Positions 32,457 to 41,523 are shown, counted from the whole stretch's first letter. The stretch: 63,948 nt of DNA, filler included, from Myxococcota bacterium (GCA_049322255.1; 3 parts of 3 records of this genome joined end to end with filler, not necessarily neighbours in it); one strand, 5' to 3'. Notes: a model not told the origin generated them from the letters alone. Program-made: numbers and translations.

Positions 32457-33525
32457 CCTGGCCAAAAACATGGAGCGCGCGCGGAGGTTTGTGCGCTCCA
32501 ACTGGAATGTCGAGCGAGAGCAGACCGTGCAGGGCAAGCTGATTCGACGGGTTCAACGAAGGAAGGCCGTTCGAACGGTCACCATCGCCGCGTCGGTGCT
32601 GGCTCTGTGCACTGTTTCGGCAGCGCTTGGGCTGCGGTTCTTCACCCCCGCCGATCATCGGATGCTCCACCTGCCCGACGGCTCCACCGTGACCCTGGTG
32701 GATGCTGACAGCGAAATCCTCACCTCTCCCTCGACCGACCCCAACCTTTTGGTGGTGCAACTCGTTCGTGGCGGAGCGCGCTTCTCCGTGACTCGAAACC
32801 CGTCCCGGCTCTTCCGGGTGGAAGTGGGGAAGGTGCGGGTCGAGGTCCTTGGGACACAGTTCTCCGTTCGCAAGTGGGAAGAACGCGCCGAGGTCACCGT
32901 CACCAGCGGACGGGTTCGCGTGCAGTGGGCTCAGCACTCCACCGAGCTTGGCGCCGGCGCCCATGAGGTCTTTCCCCCCACGGTGGTCCAAGCCCCGGAA
33001 ACGCATGAGCCAGCGCCGCCCGCGCCCAAGCCGGCCCCACCCAACGCACCCCGCTCATCGGTCGCTCCCGCCTGGCGGACGCTCGCGCAGGAGGGGGACT
33101 TCGACCGCGCCTATGAGCTGCTGCACCAAAAAGGAGCAGCGCCCATTCGTGACGAGCCGGCCGATCTCCTCTTGGCCGCGGACGTCGCACGACTCAGTCA
33201 CCACCCCGAACAGGCAGTCAAGCCGCTGCGCCAACTGCTCCAGCGTCACCGGCGTGACCCTCGCGCTCCCCTGGCAGCCTTTACCCTGGGCCGGCTGTTG
33301 CTCGAAGAGCTCGGGCAACCCAAGGAAGCGGCGCTGGCCTTCCTTGAAGCCCAAGCGCTCGACCCCACCGGAGACCTCGCGCAAGACGCCATCGCCCGCG
33401 AGGTGCAGGCTTGGTCGAAGGCGGGCGAGCTGGCCCGCGCGCGGGAAGGCGCCCAGAAGTATCTGCGGAAGTTTCCCAACGGCCCCAGGCTCGAGGCGGT
33501 TCTTCGGCACGCGGAGCTGGAATGA
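32449..33525 (+). CDS. FecR-domain anti-sigma factor with C-terminal TPR-like domain
   Basis: TM helix; LPDGSTV.L, L.RG.ARF.V, V.VLGTQFSV, V.V.SGRV.V FecR motifs; Pro linker; TPR-like tail ending YLRKFPNGP. Confidence 0.9.
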   Translation: MDDLAKNMERARRFVRSNWNVEREQTVQGKLIRRVQRRKAVRTVTIAASVLALCTVSAALGLRFFTPADHRMLHLPDGSTVTLVDADSEILTSPSTDPNLLVVQLVRGGARFSVTRNPSRLFRVEVGKVRVEVLGTQFSVRKWEERAEVTVTSGRVRVQWAQHSTELGAGAHEVFPPTVVQAPETHEPAPPAPKPAPPNAPRSSVAPAWRTLAQEGDFDRAYELLHQKGAAPIRDEPADLLLAADVARLSHHPEQAVKPLRQLLQRHRRDPRAPLAAFTLGRLLLEELGQPKEAALAFLEAQALDPTGDLAQDAIAREVQAWSKAGELARAREGAQKYLRKFPNGPRLEAVLRHAELE

Positions 33526-34487
33526 GCTCGCCCGCGCTCTCGGCTGTTTGGCTTTGGGGTTTGCTGGCGCTGCCGAACAGGCCTCCCGTCAAGGTGGACA
33601 TCGACGCCTGCGTCGACGTGTCGCGCCCAGCAGTGTTGTCCATCATCGGTATCGAGCTGGGTGCTGCGCTGGCGACGCCGGAGGAGGTCTCGGTGCGGCG
33701 CACCACCGTGGTCGAGGTCACCTGCAAAGACCAGGGGGTAGCGGTACGCGTCGATGATCCACTCACCCACAAAGTCCTCAAACGCTCCCTCGACCTCGCC
33801 AAAGCGGCGCCCGTCACCCACACTCGGCTGCTCGCGCTGGCCATCGTCGAACTGGTGGCCGCCAGCTGGGCCGAGCTGGAGTGGAATCCGGCTCCGACGC
33901 TCGTCGCCCCGGAGGAGCATCCGACCCCGGCAGAACGATTCGAAGCGCTCGAGGCTCTTGGTCCACGGACCCAAGGAACGAGCAAGACCGAGCAAGTCAC
34001 CGGTCTCTTCGGGGGCAGACGGTTCTTCGCGGGTTCACCATGGGCGTGGGGCGGCGGGGCCCGGGTGGGGCGCCACTGGGGGGCAGTTGGTTGGCACTGC
34101 GACCTACTCGCCGAATTCGGCAGCACGGACCTGGCCGTAGGCTCGGTGACGGTGAGCACTGTCAGCACCGGCGGCTCGGTGCTGTTGACGCAGCGCTTCG
34201 CTTGGTTCACCGCGTGGGCGGGTCCTGGCCTAAGAGTCGGTGCAGTCCAGCTCACCGGCAACCCCAAAGCGACGGACATCGTCGGGCACTCGGTCGGCGG
34301 CGGCTGGGGCGGGCCCCTTTTCAACGCCGGTGTCAGTGGACACCCCGGCCGGAGGCTGATCATCGAGCTGTCCGGCGAAACTGGCTACGCCCTTTTCCCT
34401 GTCGTGGGGATGGTGGAAGGGGAGCGCCCTGTCGCGCTCGACGGGGTGTGGCTGGGTGCCCAGCTGTCGGTGGGTCTGGTTCTGTGA
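33522..34487 (+). CDS. Hypothetical exported protein, probable small outer-membrane beta-barrel C-terminus
   Basis: Hydrophobic N-terminus; about eight Gly/aromatic amphipathic strands ending LSVGLVL; ATGA-coupled to the anti-sigma. Confidence 0.7.
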   Translation: MSSPALSAVWLWGLLALPNRPPVKVDIDACVDVSRPAVLSIIGIELGAALATPEEVSVRRTTVVEVTCKDQGVAVRVDDPLTHKVLKRSLDLAKAAPVTHTRLLALAIVELVAASWAELEWNPAPTLVAPEEHPTPAERFEALEALGPRTQGTSKTEQVTGLFGGRRFFAGSPWAWGGGARVGRHWGAVGWHCDLLAEFGSTDLAVGSVTVSTVSTGGSVLLTQRFAWFTAWAGPGLRVGAVQLTGNPKATDIVGHSVGGGWGGPLFNAGVSGHPGRRLIIELSGETGYALFPVVGMVEGERPVALDGVWLGAQLSVGLVL

Positions 34488-34512
34488 GCCGAACGTTTCG
34501 GGTCAGAGCACT
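34485..34512 (+). promoter_or_regulatory. Second copy of the putative ECF promoter, upstream of the VWA lipoprotein gene
   Basis: TGAGCCG-N17-CACT followed by GGAGG RBS and ATG 34533. Confidence 0.65.
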
Positions 34513-34532
34513 AAGGGGCACTGGAGGACATC

Positions 34533-35663
34533 ATGAACCGAGCTTCGTCAAGAGTTGGCATCTGGGGCCCCTGCGCTGCCCTCTTCACCCTCGCGACCAG
34601 CTGCGGCGGCATTCGGGGAGAAGTGCTCGAAAAGCAGCTCTCCGCCGATGCCGGCGGGAGTCCTCCTGTTGAAAACCCAGATTCCGGCACCCCAGACGGC
34701 GGCGCCTCGTGCGTCCCCACCACCGAGGCTGCCAACTATCCAGTCAAGGTCATGTTCTTGGTCGAAAATCGAAGCGCCATGTGCGTGGCGGATCCTCCCG
34801 GGGGTTCCACCTCCGGGCTCTGCCAGCAGTTCGCTCCTCCAGGAGTCACCGAATCGGGGCGAGTGAAGGCTTTGCGCGCATTTAGAGACCAGCATCTCTC
34901 CAATCCGTCCACAAAGGTTGCCTTGCTCACCTGGGACTTGCTCCCTGTCTCGGTCTTGCCGGAATTTTCTGCAGCTGGAAGCCTGACCGACACCGTGCTC
35001 ATGAACCTTCAATCAAACTTGGGCTCGGTATCCGAGACGCAAGGCGCGCTGGAGTCCGCCGTCGCTCGTCTGGAGGCCGACATCCTTGCCTCCGCCGTCG
35101 CCGAACGACAGCGAACCAAGTACGTCATCGTCATCCTGGGGACTGGGGTTCCTTCTCCTCGTTGCAGCGCCAACGATTCCCTGCCAGCGTACGCGAGCGC
35201 CTCGCAACCTGACGGCGTGTGGCCAGACAGCCCTCCCGCCACTGCATCCCTCTGCAACTCGAACCCCGATGGAGGGCTGCCTTCCGCGTGCGATGCGAAT
35301 ACTGGCATGGATCCGGGCGGTAACCCGTGCATCCCCGGTTTCACACCAGGCACCGACCGAAACCAGAACACTCAGCTCTTGGGGCCCATCGACCAACTGC
35401 TCGCGTTCAAAGCCAAATACGGCCTGGGCGACATCCGCGTCCACACGCGCCTGCTCTTCAATAGCTCTACTTTTCAAGCTTGCGGGCCCCTGTGCGACGA
35501 CATCTTCGGAATGCCCCCGAGCGACGCGCGCACCCTCGGGGTCTGGACCCTTCGGCAAATCGCAGAGGGCCACGGCGGTGGAACGTTTGAGGATCCAGGA
35601 GACCCCGCGACTTTGTCTCTCTCCAGCATCGACGTTCGATCGCTGGCCACGTTCTGCCCGTGA
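34533..35663 (+). CDS. Cys-rich VWA-like lipoprotein resembling the N-terminal half of myxobacterial MtsD
   Basis: Lipobox LATSC; PVKVMFLVENRSAMCVADPPG, RTKYVIVILGTG.P.PRCS, GTDRNQN.QL, YGLGDIRVHT.LLFN, ACGPLC motifs recalled from MtsD-type proteins; MIDAS degenerate. Confidence 0.7.
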   Translation: MNRASSRVGIWGPCAALFTLATSCGGIRGEVLEKQLSADAGGSPPVENPDSGTPDGGASCVPTTEAANYPVKVMFLVENRSAMCVADPPGGSTSGLCQQFAPPGVTESGRVKALRAFRDQHLSNPSTKVALLTWDLLPVSVLPEFSAAGSLTDTVLMNLQSNLGSVSETQGALESAVARLEADILASAVAERQRTKYVIVILGTGVPSPRCSANDSLPAYASASQPDGVWPDSPPATASLCNSNPDGGLPSACDANTGMDPGGNPCIPGFTPGTDRNQNTQLLGPIDQLLAFKAKYGLGDIRVHTRLLFNSSTFQACGPLCDDIFGMPPSDARTLGVWTLRQIAEGHGGGTFEDPGDPATLSLSSIDVRSLATFCP

Positions 35664-35676
35664 GGGCCCTGCGTGC

Positions 35677-36264
35677 TCACCCAGCGCCGAAGTAGGCGGG
35701 AGCGCTGCCCGGCTTCCACTTGATGTTGCAGCCCATCGAGGGCCGCTGCTTCGAGGGAGCAGGACGCGCAGCCAGCATCTGCTCCATCGCCGCCGACAAG
35801 TCGCCGCCGGTCACCGGCACTTGGTTTCCCGGCCGGCTGCCGTCGAACTGCCCGCGGTAGTAGAGGCGGCGGTCCTTGTCGAACAAGAACAAGTCCGGGG
35901 TGCAGGCCGCGCGGTAGGCCTTGGCCACCTCCTGGGTGTCGTCGAAGAGGAAGGGAAAGCGCCAGCCTTCGGTGCGCGCCAGCTCCTTCATCTGCGGCGG
36001 TCCGTCCTGGGGGTGGCTCTCCTGGCTGTTGGCGTTGATGGCCACCACCCCAATGCCCCGGTCCAGCGCCTGGTGCGCCACCCGAATCAATTCTTGGCGG
36101 ATGTGCACCACATAAGGGCAGTGGTTGCAGATGAACATCACCAACAGCCCGCGCGGACCTGCCACGTCATCCAGGGCCACCGGTTGGCCGTCCACCGCGT
36201 TGATGAGACGGAAAGTCGGGGCCACCGTGCCCAGCTCCAGCATCGTCGAGGGAGTCAACGCCAT
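35677..36264 (-). CDS. Thioredoxin-family / AhpC-TSA-like protein
   Basis: MALTPSTML.LG, FICNHCPYV, AACTPD, YRGQFD.SRP, SMGCNIKWK. Confidence 0.92.
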   Translation of the reverse strand: MALTPSTMLELGTVAPTFRLINAVDGQPVALDDVAGPRGLLVMFICNHCPYVVHIRQELIRVAHQALDRGIGVVAINANSQESHPQDGPPQMKELARTEGWRFPFLFDDTQEVAKAYRAACTPDLFLFDKDRRLYYRGQFDGSRPGNQVPVTGGDLSAAMEQMLAARPAPSKQRPSMGCNIKWKPGSAPAYFGAG

Positions 36265-36273
36265 CGTCTTTCT

Positions 36274-36326
36274 CCTTTTGGAACCGAACGTTGGGAAAAC
36301 CGCCGCCTTTTGGCAAGAACCGTTGG
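36274..36326. repeat. Tandem 21-bp imperfect direct repeat in the leader of the thioredoxin-like gene
   Basis: CCTTTTGG-N7-CGTTGG at 36274-36294 and 36306-36326 (32-bp period). Confidence 0.6.
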
Positions 36327-36405
36327 AAGAGAACGTGCCGCTACGGACGTTTCGAAGTCCTCGGGCCATAGCTCACCCCTCGCTCATTTGATCTTCATGG
36401 TTTCT

Positions 36406-37788
36406 TCATGAAGAAGCGTCAGCGGGCATCGGTTCGACGGCGAGCTCGATGCTCCGCCATGCTCCGGTGCGGAAGCGGACGAAGAGGGTGAGCGCCAGAA
36501 GCGACATGTACGCCACCATCCACACCATGGCGCCCACCTCGCCGCCGCCGAAGTGCCGCACCGTCAGGTAGGAGCCGGGCACGAACACCAACCAGCCAAG
36601 GGCAATGCGCACCCACAAGGTGAAGGCGGTGTCCCCCGCCGCCCGTAAGGCCTCGGCGAGCACCATGGCGGCGGAATCGAACAGCTGCCACGCCGTCGAC
36701 AGCCGCAGCATCCCCGCTCCCACGAGGAGGAGCGCCGTCGTGTTCTCCCCGCGCGCAAAGGGTGAGAAGAGCAGCCCAGGCACGAAGAGGTAGGACAGCC
36801 CGACCACCGCCTGCCAGGTGCCGGAGACCAAGAAGGTCAGCCGCACCGCTCCCGGCACTTCGTCGTGCGCCCTGGCCCCAATGGCTTGCCCCACCACGAT
36901 GGCGCCCGCGCTGGCCACCGCGAAGGCAGGCATGAAGGAGACGGAGTTGATTTGTATCACCGCCATGAACGCGGCGAGCGGCGTCGTCCCTAAACCGGCG
37001 ACGACCACGTTGACGAAGAAGATGAAGGCGAAGAACTCGAAGAACCAGTTGAACCCAGAGGGCAGCCCGACCTGGAGCATGCGCCATAGCTCTTCGAGGC
37101 GAAGCTTGGGCACCACCTCTCCTTGCCGCTTTCCGTGCCAAAGGAACACCGCCAAAAGCCCGGCGAAGGCCACGCTGGAGGCAAGCACGCTCGCCCAGGC
37201 GGCCCCGTTCACTCCCAGCGCGGGCAGCCCGAGGCGGCCGTCGATGAGCAGGTAGTTGCCTCCCACGTTGAGCACCATCGCCGCCAAGGAGGCGAGCATC
37301 GGCAACCGGGTATTTCCCAGCCCTCCGTAGTAGTTGGCCAGCGCTTCGACGCCCACCACCACTCCTGAGGCGAGCAGCCGAATGGAAAGGTAGCCGTGGA
37401 TGGGCCCGAGCACCTCCGGGGGGAAGCCGAAATACGGCAGGACGGTGCCCAACAACGGCAACAGCGCCAGGCTGACCAGCTGCGTCGCCGCCGCCACCCC
37501 CAAGCCGTACCAGCCGTAGCGCCGCGCTCCCGCCAAGTCGCCCTTGCCGAAGAACTGCGAGGAGAAGCTGGAGACGATGAACACCGTCCCCATGGGCAGG
37601 ATGAAGAAGGCAAACGAGTTGAGCGCCCCGGCGGTGGTCGCGGCCAGTGCCGCCTCCCCCAGGTGCGCCACCATCAGGGCGTCGCACAGCCCGATGACCG
37701 ACTGTGAGGCGCGGGAGATGACGATGGGCCAGGCGAGCCGAAGCAGCGCCCGCACCGTGACCGGAACTCTTTCAGTGGGGGCGTGCAC
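36406..37788 (-). CDS. MATE-family efflux transporter
   Basis: LLRLAWP, D..MV.HLG..ALAA, GLGNTR.PM, GAAWAS, VGQAIGA, LRAAGDT; about 12 TM helices. Confidence 0.93.
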   Translation of the reverse strand: MHAPTERVPVTVRALLRLAWPIVISRASQSVIGLCDALMVAHLGEAALAATTAGALNSFAFFILPMGTVFIVSSFSSQFFGKGDLAGARRYGWYGLGVAAATQLVSLALLPLLGTVLPYFGFPPEVLGPIHGYLSIRLLASGVVVGVEALANYYGGLGNTRLPMLASLAAMVLNVGGNYLLIDGRLGLPALGVNGAAWASVLASSVAFAGLLAVFLWHGKRQGEVVPKLRLEELWRMLQVGLPSGFNWFFEFFAFIFFVNVVVAGLGTTPLAAFMAVIQINSVSFMPAFAVASAGAIVVGQAIGARAHDEVPGAVRLTFLVSGTWQAVVGLSYLFVPGLLFSPFARGENTTALLLVGAGMLRLSTAWQLFDSAAMVLAEALRAAGDTAFTLWVRIALGWLVFVPGSYLTVRHFGGGEVGAMVWMVAYMSLLALTLFVRFRTGAWRSIELAVEPMPADASS

Positions 37789-38365
37789 GGAGCCGCTCGG
37801 ATAACACGCGCCCGCGCGGAGCGCACAGCGCATCCCAACAACACCGCTCGGCCAGCGCGAGAGCACGCCGATCCGCCCCTCGGCCGACGGCGGAGGTGAA
37901 CAAGGCCCACACCATGCCGGCCAGCTCCTCGACGCGTGCGTCTTTCACCACGCCGCGCACACGAGCGTCGTCGAGAAACCGGAGCAGCGCGGGAGACGTC
38001 GCCCCCGAGCTTCTCGCCGCATAGTCCCCAAAGCGATGGCGAATTCGCTCCAACTCGAGCAGCACGCTCCCCAGCCGTTCGTGCTCGAAGATGTCTGCCA
38101 GCGCACGCCACATATTCTGATGCGCCTCGCGCGGCTCACTCGACTCGAACAACGCCCGCTCGATGCTCGCCTCCAACTCCTCGAGCGCCTTCAAATAGAC
38201 CGCTTCGAGCAGTGCTTCGCGCGAGGGGAAGAGCAGGTAAAGCGTGCGCGCCGACATCTCGCACGCATGCGCCAACTCGGACATGCGCAGCCCCTCCGCC
38301 CCCTCCGAACCCAACTGCTGCCGCGCCTGCCACAGCACCAAGCCCTTCCGACTCTTCCTGTCCAT
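37772..38365 (-). CDS. TetR/AcrR-family regulator
   Basis: HTH LRMSELA.ACEMS.RTLY.LFPSREALL; overlaps the MATE start. Confidence 0.8.
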   Translation of the reverse strand: MDRKSRKGLVLWQARQQLGSEGAEGLRMSELAHACEMSARTLYLLFPSREALLEAVYLKALEELEASIERALFESSEPREAHQNMWRALADIFEHERLGSVLLELERIRHRFGDYAARSSGATSPALLRFLDDARVRGVVKDARVEELAGMVWALFTSAVGRGADRRALALAERCCWDALCAPRGRVLSERLRARPH

Positions 38366-38569
38366 CCCCACCTCGCCCGAAGTGACTGGTCTACCGCGGC
38401 ACCCTGACGCCGCCCCAAAACGGGGGTACGACCGGATTGAGGTATTTATGAGGGGTTAGATCCACGGCTGGCGGATCCCGTAGGCGTTCCCCGGGGTTGG
38501 CGGCGGCTGATGATCCGCCGTCTGGCTCGCTCGCCCGAGGACCCATCGAGAAGCCCACCGGCAAGCTCT

Positions 38570-39200
38570 GCCCCAAGTGGTGACGCTTCGGCGTTGCCCA
38601 TCCGCGGCGAGGAGCCGTCGAAAGAGGCGAAGGTCGGAGTCACCTACCGACATGACACCGAACGCAACCGGCCCATTCCGGGGAGCGCGCCGAGCAACTG
38701 CTCTGCGCGGGCGATACCGACGCGCTCTTATCCGAGTTGATGGACTGCGTTCCCCAGGTGGAACGCGGCAGGCGCAACCCAAAAGCAGAGGCCTTGAAGG
38801 CCCTCGACGACTTGGTGCGCTACTACCGGAACAACATGCACCGGATGAAGTACCGGCTCTTTCGCGAGCATGGCTTCCCCATCGCCAGCGGGGCGGTCGA
38901 GAGCGCGCACAAACACGTGCTTCAGTGCCGGATGAAGCGTGCCGGTCAGCGCTGGCAGCTCCACAACGCCCGCCGGATGGCCCATCTGCGCGCCGCCTAC
39001 CGAACCGCCGGCGCGACCGCCTTCTACGACGCCATCCAGCGCGCTCGCCGCGAAACCCAGCGAGGCACTGCCCGACGCGAAGGTCGACGTCACGGTTTCC
39101 GCTTTGCCCGTCAAGGCCTCCGCGACCGCCTCCGGGCCTCAATCTGATCGTCCGCCGCACCAAAACGGAGCACCCCTCGGGGTGCCTTTGCGACCCACCC
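38570..39200 (+). mobile_element. Internally deleted ISKra4/ISLre2-like (UPF0236-type) IS remnant
   Basis: ALPIRGEEP.KEAKVG fragment in one frame, then Y..NN.HRM.Y..FR..GFPIASGAVESAHK.V.Q.RMKRAG.RW in another; end CTTTGCGACCCACCC (39186-39200) resembles a right terminal repeat. Confidence 0.8.
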
Positions 39201-39439
39201 CGGAAGTCAGGTAACCGCGATTACCCGCGACCCTCCTAACCCCGCGAACTGTCGCGGCACCGCTCCACCGCTGCGTGCCGAAAATGGGGCGATCGGGTAA
39301 CGGCAAATTCCTGGAAATCGCCGAGCCCCCAACAGACACCCGGGGGGTGGCCGTCACCGCAACAAAAGGGTTTCGCGCATAGGATGCCCAAACGACTCTC
39401 GCTCCATGGCTCTTCGAATTCTTCGGACTCTCGAAACCA

Positions 39440-39884
39440 TTGCTGGTGCGCATCGAGGTCGTGCCCAACCGGCCCCCTGTTTTTGCCGCCTCGCGGGTGT
39501 CGCGGTGGCATGGCAGCACCCCCTTCGAGCTCGGGCCAACCGCTTCTGATCCTGACGGCGATGTTCTGCGCTACCAGGCGCAGGGCTTGCCTGACGGCGC
39601 CCGACGACTCGAGAACGACGGTGATTCGGCTCACTGCTTCCGACGATGAGCTGTCCACGACCGAAGACTGGCGCATCGAGGTGGTCGAAGAATGGGAGTC
39701 TCGGCTGCTCCCGGGGTTGGGTTACAGCACGATGTTCCCGGTCGACAGTGAAACCTTCGGCGTCCTCCACGGGCCGTCGCTCGAGCTCGCGCTGGTCGCC
39801 TGGATCCACCGCAACGAGAACCGGGGACCCAGCCACGGCCGGCTATGTGTTGGTCCCCGCCGAGCTGGAGCGGGCGCCGCCTAA
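39440..39884 (+). pseudogene. Fragmented Ig-domain-containing exported protein gene
   Basis: PNRPPVF...ASDPDGD.LRY...GLP.GA (cadherin/He_PIG-like) in one frame; LTASDD...VVEEWES.LLPG.GYS...WIHRNENRGPSHGR in another. Confidence 0.65.
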
Positions 39885-39894
39885 GGGAAGTGGC

Positions 39895-41127
39895 TCACAG
39901 CCCGAGGTTCGGGGTGGCGTTTTGGGAGGTGAGGTCGTTGGTGCCTTCCTGGGTGACGGTGCTCGCACTCAGGACAGTGATGCCGCGCCCACCGCTCTCA
40001 ATCGACTTGATGTTGCGCAAGGTGAGGCCGGCGGCGGTGTTGTAGTCGCCCACCACCAGGTTGGCCCGGGTGCTCGGCCCGCTCCCCGGCTCGAAGAAGC
40101 CGCAGCAGAAGGGGTCGGCATTGCCTCCGTAGATGACGTCGGTCTCTTCGAGCACGTTCCCCAAGGAGAGGAAGGCCAACCCTTTCCAGAAGCCGCGGAT
40201 GGTCCCTCCGCCGGTGAAGACGACTCGCTCCGAGGCCGTGCCGGTGGAGAGCAGGCGGCCGTCCTCCTCCACCAGGATTCCGGAGTTGGCTTCGAACTCG
40301 AAGCGCACCCCGGACTGGATGGTCAAGTCGGCCTTCACGGCAAAGACGCTGTCCGGCCTCCCCGCGCCCATGCCGTACGCGGTGTCGAGCTTGCGAACCG
40401 TCAGGTCGGTGGTGAGCGGCTCGCCACCGGTGACTCGAATGTACTGGGTGCCGTTGGGAGAAGCGCCTCCGCTGTAGACGCTGGCCGCATCCAGCGAGCC
40501 GAGCTGCGGGAGGTAGACCGCGAGCGGCGCCTGGGCGTTGGCTTCGAACGTGTTGGAGGAAAAGCCCTCGAGCGTCGCTTTTTCGAAGGCGAACAGCCCG
40601 TACGAGCCGCTGCGATGAATCTTGGTGTTCTGAATCGTCACCTGGGCGCCGGATTTGTAGTCGCCCAACACCACCGCCGCCTTGACCGATTCGTTCCCCA
40701 GGAAAAAGCCGCAACAGAAGCTCTCCGCTCCACCCGCATAGCTGATGTCGGTGTGCACCAGTTGGTTGGCGTTGTTGACGGAGACGAAAGCCAGCCCCTT
40801 CCACGCGCCCTTGGTCTGGTTGGTGCTGGTGAAAAGGATGGGCGCCTCCGGTGTTCCCGCGGCGGTCAGTGAGCCGTTGGCCTCGACCAGAAGCCCCGCG
40901 TCCGCCTCGAAGCACACCTTCGTGCCCTTCTCGATGACCAGCGCGGCCCGCACCGCCTGGACGCCCTTGACGACGACGTCGCAGTCTCCGGTGCTCAAGG
41001 TCCAGGTGGTGGCGGCCTCGATGTCCTTGTCCACCGTCAGCGGCGGCGTGGTGCCTCCGGAGCCGCCCGGGCCACAACCACTCAACCAACCCAACGCGAA
41101 CAGCCAAGCAGACGTACGCATGTTCAT
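39895..41127 (-). CDS. Lipoprotein with duplicated parallel beta-helix-like module
   Basis: Lipobox LSGC; two copies of G..(V/F).FE...G.LV...G.L...GT....I.FT......G.WKGLAF.S....N.L..T...Y.G....FCCGFF. Confidence 0.85.
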   Translation of the reverse strand: MNMRTSAWLFALGWLSGCGPGGSGGTTPPLTVDKDIEAATTWTLSTGDCDVVVKGVQAVRAALVIEKGTKVCFEADAGLLVEANGSLTAAGTPEAPILFTSTNQTKGAWKGLAFVSVNNANQLVHTDISYAGGAESFCCGFFLGNESVKAAVVLGDYKSGAQVTIQNTKIHRSGSYGLFAFEKATLEGFSSNTFEANAQAPLAVYLPQLGSLDAASVYSGGASPNGTQYIRVTGGEPLTTDLTVRKLDTAYGMGAGRPDSVFAVKADLTIQSGVRFEFEANSGILVEEDGRLLSTGTASERVVFTGGGTIRGFWKGLAFLSLGNVLEETDVIYGGNADPFCCGFFEPGSGPSTRANLVVGDYNTAAGLTLRNIKSIESGGRGITVLSASTVTQEGTNDLTSQNATPNLGL

Positions 41128-41162
41128 AGAGGGGGCGGTTTAGCACTGCCACCACCCTGCAC

Positions 41163-41200
41163 AAAAGCAGAAGCCGGGCGGGGTTACCCGGCCCGGCCTC
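41163..41200 (-). terminator. Probable intrinsic terminator of the small secreted protein gene
   Basis: GCCGGGC...GCCCGGC stem followed on the minus strand by TTCTGCTTTT. Confidence 0.6.
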
Positions 41201-41231
41201 TAAACGACTCGAAACGGCTGGATACTGAAAA

Positions 41232-41453
41232 CTACTTGCCCTCGGCAGGAGCGGCCTCGCCCTCTGCAGGCTTGGCCTCCTCGGCCTTCTTCTCGGCCAT
41301 CTTCTTGCTCCCCTTCTTGGCCTTCTTCACCGCCGCGGGTTTGGTCTCCGCGGGGGCAGGAGCACCCTCCGCCGGCTTGTCCCCCATGGGGGCGTCTTCG
41401 GCCAGCGCGGGGGCGGCAAAGGCGAGCGCAGCGGCAACGAGCAGCTTCTTCAT
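41232..41453 (-). CDS. Small secreted Lys/Ala/Glu/Pro-rich protein (Asr-like composition)
   Basis: MKKLLVAAALAFAAPALA signal peptide, GGAG RBS, PAEG repeats and a KKAKKGSKK core; 73 aa. Confidence 0.85.
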   Translation of the reverse strand: MKKLLVAAALAFAAPALAEDAPMGDKPAEGAPAPAETKPAAVKKAKKGSKKMAEKKAEEAKPAEGEAAPAEGK

Positions 41454-41507
41454 GGTTGTCTCCAGTATGGGGCGAGCGGAATGCGCGCCCGGCGGGTGCG
41501 GCCCAAA

Positions 41508-41523
41508 AGCAGGCGCCGTGCCA
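41508..41523 (-). promoter_or_regulatory. Sigma54 (-24/-12) promoter
   Basis: TGGCACGGCGCCTGCT on the minus strand (GG-N10-GC), about 55 bp upstream of ATG 41453. Confidence 0.8.

Noticed and set aside
38452..39243. GGGGTTAG ... CTAACCCC 8-bp inverted repeat as the ends of a composite element
   Set aside because: Too short for GC-rich DNA, does not extend, and no target-site duplication is visible.
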